In this document: piece after piece, positions 56,942 to 64,000 of the stretch
Numbering within the stretch: position 1 is the first letter of the stretch
Layout: the number at the start of each line of letters is the position of its first letter
Assembly: GCA_902578775.1 (NCBI GenBank)
Contig: CACHEF010000006.1
Span: 2,534 to 66,533, forward strand
DNA from: an uncultured Pelagibacteraceae bacterium
Lineage (GTDB): Bacteria; Pseudomonadota; Alphaproteobacteria; Pelagibacterales; Pelagibacteraceae
Direction: 5' to 3'
Length of the DNA stretch: 64,000 nucleotides
The notes under the pieces: generated by a model
What the model was told of the DNA's origin: nothing
The model's input: the letters and a program-made list of their open reading frames with translations, nothing else
Databases searched by the model: none
Program-made: the position numbers and the translations under genes

Positions 56942-57813
56942 ATTAAAAATTTATAAGACAATATTTTATAAGCAAGTTTTGCAACAAGAAAGTTGTAAGA
57001 ATTGAAACCTTTTATAGGTGCTAATTCATTGATATCAGCACCAACAATATTTGAATTTTTTGCAGCTATTTTAATTATATTTAGTGTCTCATCCCATAAT
57101 AATCCACCTGGTTCAGGAGTTCCGGTGGCCGGCATAATACTTGAGTCAAACCCATCTACATCAAATGTTAAATAAACTGTTTTATCTTTTATAAGTTTTC
57201 TAAATTTTCTTAAATCCCACTTTGACTTATCTTTTGCCCAAAAAATATTTATTCTTGATTTATTTTTTTTTAAGAATGGAATTTCACTTTCTGATATATT
57301 TCTGATCCCGAAAGATATTAATGATATATTTTTATGGTCTAAGCACCTCCTTATTGCCGATGCATGAGAAAACTTTTCTCCGTTATAACTATTTCTTAAA
57401 TCAGCATGTGCATCAAAATGTAAGAGACAAATTTTTTTATATTTTTTAATAAATGGATCAATACATCCGGGTGTAATTGAATGTTCTCCTCCAAACGTGA
57501 TTGGAAAAAGCTTTTTATCTAAAATTTCTTTATTTATATTTGATATTTTCTTAAGGGCTTTTTCGATATTTATATCAATCTTAAAGGGCTTTAATGTTTT
57601 AATCCCAATTTTTTTATAAGGTTCACAATTTAGCTCCTCATCATATAATTCTACTTGATGAGATGCTTTTATAATTTCTTTAGGTCCGTTTCTGGTGCCA
57701 CCACCATAACTAACAGTTTTTTCAAGCCCAAATGGAACCACAACAACTTTTTCTTTGAAATTAAATTTGTTATCGATTCCTAAAAATCCATTTTTATTTG
57801 ATAAATATTTCAA
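56938..57813 (-). CDS. speB: Agmatinase-family ureohydrolase
   Basis: GGEHS, DAHAD and DVDGFD..ATGTPEPGG; TTG start. Confidence 0.93.
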   Translation of the reverse strand: MKYLSNKNGFLGIDNKFNFKEKVVVVPFGLEKTVSYGGGTRNGPKEIIKASHQVELYDEELNCEPYKKIGIKTLKPFKIDINIEKALKKISNINKEILDKKLFPITFGGEHSITPGCIDPFIKKYKKICLLHFDAHADLRNSYNGEKFSHASAIRRCLDHKNISLISFGIRNISESEIPFLKKNKSRINIFWAKDKSKWDLRKFRKLIKDKTVYLTFDVDGFDSSIMPATGTPEPGGLLWDETLNIIKIAAKNSNIVGADINELAPIKGFNSYNFLVAKLAYKILSYKFLI

Positions 57814-57816
57814 TTT

Positions 57817-58860
57817 TTACTCAAAAATTTTTGTGAATTTTTTCTTATCCCTATTTTTCCACTCACCTTTGTGATAAGCATCGCTAGCTATTAGGGGTAG
57901 TACACTAGTGGCTTCAGCAAATACCATTTGTTCTTTGGTAACATTAACTTTACCCCATGAACTTGCTTCCTTTAATGTTGAACTACTACATGCGCCATCT
58001 CGAGAGTCAGCAACTGTAATTTGCACAGCATATTTATGCATGTCAACTTCCTTACCCAATAATTCAGCACAAATTACCGTGTCTTGAATAAAATTTTTTG
58101 GGACACCACCACCAATCATGAATAAACCAGAACCTTTTGAACGTATTTTAATTTCGGTTAATTCTCTAAATTCTCTTATAGAGTCGATAGTCATATGCTT
58201 TCTCGGATTTTTTTCTTGATGCATAACTAAACCAAATCCTGCACTAGAGTCAGTAAAAGCTGGGCAAAAAATTGGAACATCATTATCATACGCTGTTTCA
58301 ATCAAAGAGTCTTTTTTTATAGAATTTTTTTTTAAATATTTACCCATCTCTTTTATGAATTCTCTAGATGTATAGCTTCTAGTCTCTAATGTATCCGCAA
58401 TTTCACATATTTTTTTATCACAAATCTGTAGCTCATCTTCATCTATGTATGTGTCGTAAATTCTATCGATATAATTTTTTCTTAACTCTGTATCATCTTG
58501 GAATTGAGATCCTTGATAGTGTTTAAAACCAATAGCTTCAAAAAAATCCATATCAATTATTGAAGCGCCAGTTGCTACTATTGCATCAACCATATTGTAT
58601 TTAACTAAATCTTTATAAATATTCATACAACCTGCAGCAGATGTTGAACCTGCTAATGTTAAAAAAATTGTACATTCTTTGTCTTTCAACATTTCATTAT
58701 AAATGTTGGCTGCATTTGCTGTCTCTCTTGAAACAAAAGACATTTTTTCCATAGAAGAAATAATCTTTCTAGAGTCAAAAGATGTAATATCAATATGTTC
58801 TACAGGTTTTTTTAAGAAATCTTTTTTACTATTGTGACCAAGATTTTTATTTTCTGACAT
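57817..58860 (-). CDS. Deoxyhypusine synthase-like protein (probable homospermidine-pathway synthase)
   Basis: IDRIYD, PIFCPAFTDS, GGGVPKN, DGACSSSTLKEASSWGK (catalytic Lys) and EAT. Confidence 0.92.
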   Translation of the reverse strand: MSENKNLGHNSKKDFLKKPVEHIDITSFDSRKIISSMEKMSFVSRETANAANIYNEMLKDKECTIFLTLAGSTSAAGCMNIYKDLVKYNMVDAIVATGASIIDMDFFEAIGFKHYQGSQFQDDTELRKNYIDRIYDTYIDEDELQICDKKICEIADTLETRSYTSREFIKEMGKYLKKNSIKKDSLIETAYDNDVPIFCPAFTDSSAGFGLVMHQEKNPRKHMTIDSIREFRELTEIKIRSKGSGLFMIGGGVPKNFIQDTVICAELLGKEVDMHKYAVQITVADSRDGACSSSTLKEASSWGKVNVTKEQMVFAEATSVLPLIASDAYHKGEWKNRDKKKFTKIFE

Positions 58861-60044
58861 TAAGCAACTAAAGAAGCTTTATTAATGTCTTTATTGTATA
58901 AACTTAAAATAGGATTATCTTCTACTTCAAATATTTCATTAGAATAAAATCCGTTAAATTTAGTTCTAAAAGTTAATCCATAAGCACCGAGTTGACCAAG
59001 TTCGATATAATCATTTTCTTTTATATTATTTGGAAGTAAAAATGGACCTTTCATATAATCCATACTATCACATGTTGGACCAAAAAAATCAAATGCTGTT
59101 AATTTTTTTGATATTATTTTATTCGAAGTTTCTTTAATCATTTTAGCTGGGAAAACTATGTTAGGTGTTCCAGCATCAAAAAGAGTTCCATAGGTTCCAT
59201 CATTTATATACAATTTTTGTTTTTTTCTTAAGTTTACTCTGACTATTGTAGAACCACTTTCTGCTACTAGTGCTCTTCCTGGTTCGCAAATAATTTTTGG
59301 TATTTTTTTAAATTTCAAATTTTTTAAGCTCTTTTTAATTTCATTAAAATATTTAATTAAATTTTGAGGTATTAAATCTGGATAAATTGTTGGAAAACCA
59401 CCTCCTACATTTATATAGTCTGGTAAAATTTTTGTCTTTTTCACAATATTACCTATTTCCTCTATTCCTTTAGAATATGATATAGGATGCATACATTGAG
59501 ATCCCACATGAAAACTTAGGCCAATTTTTTTAGCAGATTGTTTTATTAATCTAAGTAGACCTGAGGACTCATTACTTAAAGCACCGAATTTTTTTGATAA
59601 ATCTATTTCTGCGTGTTCATTCGAAACAGCAATTCTTAAAAATAACTCTAAATCTTTTGCATTGTTTGTATTACTTAAAATTTTTATTAGCTCTTCTTTT
59701 GTATCTAATGCAAAAGTTTTAATGCCGTATTTGAAATATGCCTCTTTTATATTCTCTGGACTTTTAACTGTATGCATATATGAGCATTTTGCAGTAGTTG
59801 TATGTTTTCTTATTTGCTCAATTTCCTCAATAGAGGCCACGTCAAATTGGTTAATACCGCTATCTATTAATGTTTTAATTATTAATGGGTGAGGGTTAGT
59901 TTTAACTGCATACAAAATATCCCCGGGAAAGTTCTTCTGAAAGAATTTAGATGACTTAGTAACAGAATGTTTTCTGATACAATAAACAGGTTTTTCTGGT
60001 TTCAGTTGATTAATTAAGTTTTCAACTGACTTAAATTTTTGCAT
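58860..60044 (-). CDS. Alanine-racemase-fold PLP decarboxylase (ODC family, possibly arginine-specific)
   Basis: YAVKTN, FDVAS, KKFG, SFHVGSQ, EPGR, GPTCDSMD and GAY; GGAGG SD precedes the ATG at 60044. Confidence 0.92.
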   Translation of the reverse strand: MQKFKSVENLINQLKPEKPVYCIRKHSVTKSSKFFQKNFPGDILYAVKTNPHPLIIKTLIDSGINQFDVASIEEIEQIRKHTTTAKCSYMHTVKSPENIKEAYFKYGIKTFALDTKEELIKILSNTNNAKDLELFLRIAVSNEHAEIDLSKKFGALSNESSGLLRLIKQSAKKIGLSFHVGSQCMHPISYSKGIEEIGNIVKKTKILPDYINVGGGFPTIYPDLIPQNLIKYFNEIKKSLKNLKFKKIPKIICEPGRALVAESGSTIVRVNLRKKQKLYINDGTYGTLFDAGTPNIVFPAKMIKETSNKIISKKLTAFDFFGPTCDSMDYMKGPFLLPNNIKENDYIELGQLGAYGLTFRTKFNGFYSNEIFEVEDNPILSLYNKDINKASLVA

Positions 60045-60194
60045 TGTTAATGCCTCCAAAAAAAATTTAACAAAAAAAAAGTTTTAAATCATTTATAAAA
60101 CCTTTAATAAAATGTGGAGTTAAGCGAATAATAAATGGATGTAAAGTAAATAATAGCCTATTGAATAATTTCAATTAATCTCCATATCAGTACT

Positions 60195-60758
60195 ATGAAA
60201 AATGAGGCAACACTTCAAAACTTGAGCGATTTTGACAATAAATCCTTACTTATTGTGGATGATGATAATCCTTTCAGAGAGAGACTATCTAGAGCGATGG
60301 AAAAAAAAGGGTTTGAAGTTTTACAAGCTGAAAGTGTAAAAAAAGGGATTGATACAGTAAAATTAAAAAAACCAGGATTCGCAGTTGTGGACTTAAGATT
60401 AGCTGACGGTAATGGTTTAGAAGTTGTAAAAGAAATTCAAAATTCTAATTCTTCAAGCAGAATCATTATGTTAACTGGCTATGGTAATATACCAACTGCT
60501 GTAGCAGCTATAAAAGAGGGAGCGATTGATTATCTTGCAAAACCTGCAGATGCTGATGATGTGGAAAAAGCTTTGTTAGCTGACCCATCAAAAAAAGCTG
60601 CTCCACCAGAAAATCCCATGTCAGCTGATAGAGTTAAATGGGAACATATTCATAGAGTATTCGAGCTATGTAACAGAAACGTTTCAGAGACCGCGAGAAG
60701 ACTTAAAATGCATAGAAGAACTCTTCAAAGAATATTATCGAAAAGATCTCCTAGATAA
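60195..60758 (+). CDS. regA: RegA/PrrA/ActR redox response regulator
   Basis: Receiver domain with LTGYGNIPTAV, then WEHIHRVFELCNRNVSETARRLKMHRRTLQRILSKRSPR. Confidence 0.96.
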   Translation: MKNEATLQNLSDFDNKSLLIVDDDNPFRERLSRAMEKKGFEVLQAESVKKGIDTVKLKKPGFAVVDLRLADGNGLEVVKEIQNSNSSSRIIMLTGYGNIPTAVAAIKEGAIDYLAKPADADDVEKALLADPSKKAAPPENPMSADRVKWEHIHRVFELCNRNVSETARRLKMHRRTLQRILSKRSPR

Positions 60759-61302
60759 TATTTTTTAGTTTTGAAAATTTTTTAACTAATAGACTCAATA
60801 ATAAAATTTTAAATATTTCAGCTAATAAAAATGGTTTTACACCTAAACTAAATATTGGTTTATCCCAACCAATAAAATTACCAAGCCAAAGAATCCCCAA
60901 AATGTAAATTGTTGAAACTGCTAAGGTAAGTTTAATAAAAATTTTTAAAAAATTGTCATTAAATTTTACAAAACTAGCTAAATAACAAGCAAATAAAAAA
61001 CCTATTAAATAACCCATTGTAGGGCCAGTAAAGTATACTATCCCGACTCCTCGTTCAGGTGTGTTAGAAAAAACTGGTAAACCAATAATACCTTCAATTA
61101 AATATAAACCAACTGTTGATAGGCCAATTTTATATCCAAAACTTAAACCTAAAAGTAACACAACAAAGGTCTGCATAGTCATAGGGACAGGATAAAAGGG
61201 AATTTTTATTTTAGCAGAAATTGTCAATACAATAGAACCTAATATAATTATAAATAGTGATTTGATTAGTTTTGATTGAGAAGTGTGTTTAATTAGTTCC
61301 AT
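60751..61302 (-). CDS. bioY: Biotin transporter BioY
   Basis: PVPMTMQT, GLPVF and GPTMGYLIGF. Confidence 0.94.
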   Translation of the reverse strand: MELIKHTSQSKLIKSLFIIILGSIVLTISAKIKIPFYPVPMTMQTFVVLLLGLSFGYKIGLSTVGLYLIEGIIGLPVFSNTPERGVGIVYFTGPTMGYLIGFLFACYLASFVKFNDNFLKIFIKLTLAVSTIYILGILWLGNFIGWDKPIFSLGVKPFLLAEIFKILLLSLLVKKFSKLKNII

Positions 61303-61411
61303 TGTTAATAATAACCTTTATTCATTTAATATTCTAGTGGTTAATTTTAGATTATTGTAAATTTATTTTTGTGTAAATAAATGATATTACAATTTATATA
61401 ATTTGCACTTA

Positions 61412-62242
61412 ATGAGTAAAATTCAAAAAACAGATCACTTTTATTTAATTGATGGGTCTGGATATATATTTAGAGCTTATTATGCATTACCACCTTTAAC
61501 TAGAAAAAGTGATGGATTACCAACTGGAGCAGTAAGCGGTTTTTGCAGCATGTTATTTAAATTACTAGAAGATTCTAAATCAAAACAAAATCTTCAAAAG
61601 CCAACTCATTTTGCAGTAATCTTTGACTCAGCTAGAAAAACATTTAGAAATGAAATTTATAGTGATTATAAAGCCAATAGATCCGAGGCACCTGATGATT
61701 TAGCTCCACAGTTTGAGTATATAAGAAAATCTGTTTTAGCTTTTAATTTACCATCTGTCGAACTTATGAATTATGAAGCTGATGATTTAATAGCTACTTA
61801 TGTTGACCAAATTTTAAGATTAGGTGCAAAAGTAACCATAGTCTCATCTGATAAAGATTTGATGCAGCTTTATAAAAAAGATGTTCGTATTTTTGATCCC
61901 ATGAAAAACAAATTTATTAGTGAAGAGGATATAGTTAAAAAATTTGGAGTCGATTCTAGTAAGGTTATAGATGTTCAATCATTAGCTGGAGACAGTAGTG
62001 ATAATGTTCCAGGAGTTCCAGGTATAGGAATAAAAACTGCAGCAGAATTAATCAATAAATATGGAACTTTAGAAAAACTTTTAAAATCTACTCATGAAAT
62101 TAAACAAAACAAAAGAAGAGAAACTTTAATTGAAAATAAAGACAAGGCATTAATAAGTAAAAAGCTTGTCACCTTAAAGCATGATGCACCTGTTGATAGA
62201 GATTTAAGTGAATTTAATTTGAAAGAGATGGATAAAAAATAA
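61412..62242 (+). CDS. polA: DNA polymerase I, 5'-3' exonuclease part (ends at a frameshift)
   Basis: LIDGS, YKANR, YEADD, SSDKD and GDSSDNVPGVPGIG; TAA right after an A6 run at 62234-62239. Confidence 0.93.
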   Translation: MSKIQKTDHFYLIDGSGYIFRAYYALPPLTRKSDGLPTGAVSGFCSMLFKLLEDSKSKQNLQKPTHFAVIFDSARKTFRNEIYSDYKANRSEAPDDLAPQFEYIRKSVLAFNLPSVELMNYEADDLIATYVDQILRLGAKVTIVSSDKDLMQLYKKDVRIFDPMKNKFISEEDIVKKFGVDSSKVIDVQSLAGDSSDNVPGVPGIGIKTAAELINKYGTLEKLLKSTHEIKQNKRRETLIENKDKALISKKLVTLKHDAPVDRDLSEFNLKEMDKK

Positions 62243-62243
62243 G

Positions 62244-64000
62244 CTTTATGAATTTTTAAGGGAAATGGAATTTAATAGATTATTAAGCTCAGCTATTTCA
62301 GCTTATGGTGAGCCTAATCTAGATAATAATAATCATAAAAAAAAAGATATAATAGAAAAAATAAAACCAATTGATAATAAAAATTATAAATTAATAAAAT
62401 ATGTAAATGAAATAGATGAATGGATGAAAGAAGCAGAGGAATTTGGTGAAATTGCAGTCGATACAGAAACAGATTCCCTCAATCCACATGAAGCAAACTT
62501 AGTAGGTATATCTTTAAGCACAAAAATTGGGAAAGCTTGTTACATACCAATAGGTCATAAATCTAAAAAATGTCTTAATAAAAAAGAAGTTTTAAATAAA
62601 ATCAAACCTTTTCTAGAAGATCAAAGTATAAAAAAAATTGGTCAAAATATTAAATTCGATTTTATTGTTTTTTATAAAAATGGAATAAATTTAAATTCAA
62701 TGGAAGACACAATGTTGATGTCTTATGTTCTTGATGCAGGAAAAAATAGGCATAATATGGATACGTTATCAGAAATTCATTTAAATCATAAAACAATTAA
62801 ATTTAAAGATTTGGTTGGAACAGGTAAAAAAGAGATTAATTTTAGTGAAGTAGATATAGATAAAGCAAAAGATTATGCTGCTGAGGATGCAGATATAACA
62901 TACAGACTTTATAAAAAATTTTTTAAAAGTCTTAAATCTGAAAAATTAACTAATATATATGAAACTTTTGAGAAACCATTAATTAAAATTTTAGCTTTTA
63001 TGGAGATAGAGGGTATTAAAGTTGATCATAAATTCTTAAAATCTTTATCTCTGAAATTTGGAAAAAAAATTGAAAAAATTCAAAAAGAAATTTTTAATAT
63101 TTCAAAAAAAGAATTTAATATTGCGTCTCCTAAACAACTAGGTGAGATTATTTATAATGATTTAAAAATAACAGATCTTAAAAAGACAAAAAAAGGAAGT
63201 TTTGCAACAAGTGCTTCAGTTTTAGAGGATTTAGCATTTAAAGGCCATGATTTTGCTAAATTGGTTTTAGATTGGAGGCAATTATCAAAGTTAAAGAATA
63301 CTTATTCTGACTCATTGCCTGCACATTTAAATCTTGATACAAAAAGAGTTCATACTTCGTTTCTTTTAGCTGCTACATCTACTGGAAGATTAGCATCAAG
63401 TGATCCTAACTTACAAAATATACCAATCAAAACTGAGGATGGCAGGGATATCAGAAAAGCTTTTATTGCAGAAAAAGATAATTTACTTATTTCTGCTGAT
63501 TATAATCAGATTGAGATGCGAATTTTGGCTGATTTAGCAGATGTAAAAGAATTAAAAAAAGCATTTAAAAATAATGAGGATATTCATTCATTAACAGCAA
63601 GTCAAATTTTTGGTGTTGATATTAAAAAAGTAAATAAAGATCAAAGAAGAAAAGCAAAAGCTATAAATTTTGGAATAATTTATGGGATATCACAGTATGG
63701 TTTAGCAAAACAAATTAATGTTTCAAATTATGAGGCAGAAGAGTTTTTAAATTCTTATTTTGCAAAATTTCCAGAAATTAAAATTTATATGGATAATACA
63801 ATTAAATTTTGTCGAAAGAGTGGATATGTGAATAATATTTTTGGGAGAAGATCTCATTTTAGTTCTATTAATGATAAAAATTATAATATAAGAAATTTCC
63901 AGGAAAGAGCTGCTATTAATGCACCAATTCAAGGATCAGCTTCTGAAATTATGCGATTAGCAATGATTAGACTTGATGAAAAATTAAATGAACAAAAATC
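62244..64000 (+). CDS. polA: DNA polymerase I, 3'-5' exonuclease and polymerase part (shifted frame, runs off the window)
   Basis: Reads LYEFLREMEFNRLL, VDTET, YAAEDA, TGRLASSDPNLQNIP, ADYNQIEMR, KAINFGIIYG and AINAPIQGS; absent from the ORF track because no stop falls in the window. Confidence 0.92.

Noticed and set aside
57817-58860. DHS-like gene as evidence of hypusination of a translation factor
   Set aside because: Bacteria lack eIF5A, and the operon context points to polyamine synthesis
60045-60194. Known alphaproteobacterial speF leader RNA
   Set aside because: The region is short and AU-rich, and I could not match it to the motif; it is kept only as a generic hairpin finding
60195-61302. 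regA without adjacent regB, and bioY without ECF partners
   Set aside because: The kinase may lie elsewhere in the genome, and solitary BioY is a known arrangement

Overview
This is a very AT-rich (roughly 30% GC by eye), densely packed alphaproteobacterial chromosome segment. Gene content and order point to SAR11/Pelagibacterales (inference). The backbone is leuCDB, the DMSP demethylation cluster (dmdC, dmdB, alpha/beta hydrolase, dmdA), asd, sdhCDAB, mdh-sucCDAB-lpdA, priA, atpHAGDC, rppH/ctpA/rsfS/nadD/proAB/obgE/rpmA/rplU, gloB-metW-metX with a SAM-II riboswitch, hisC-tyrA, NlpC-ampG-trkH, lysS-pyrD-rpmB-yhhQ, a polyamine operon, regA, bioY and a frameshifted polA. Two accessory-looking blocks interrupt it. 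(1) 11.4-18.6 kb: IclR + CoA-acylating (methyl)malonate-semialdehyde dehydrogenase + Fe-alcohol dehydrogenase + monocarboxylate-type TRAP transporter, a candidate 3-hydroxypropionate (dddB/dddC-like) uptake and oxidation system. (2) 27.4-31.6 kb: an amino-sugar/glycan tailoring cassette. Other notable observations: SdhC and SdhD have both lost their heme b axial histidines; the SAM-II aptamer is followed by a U8 tract with an alternative pairing; polA is split at the 5'-nuclease/Klenow junction. No tRNA, rRNA, CRISPR or transposase/integrase was recognised. All calls come from motif recognition, without database searches.
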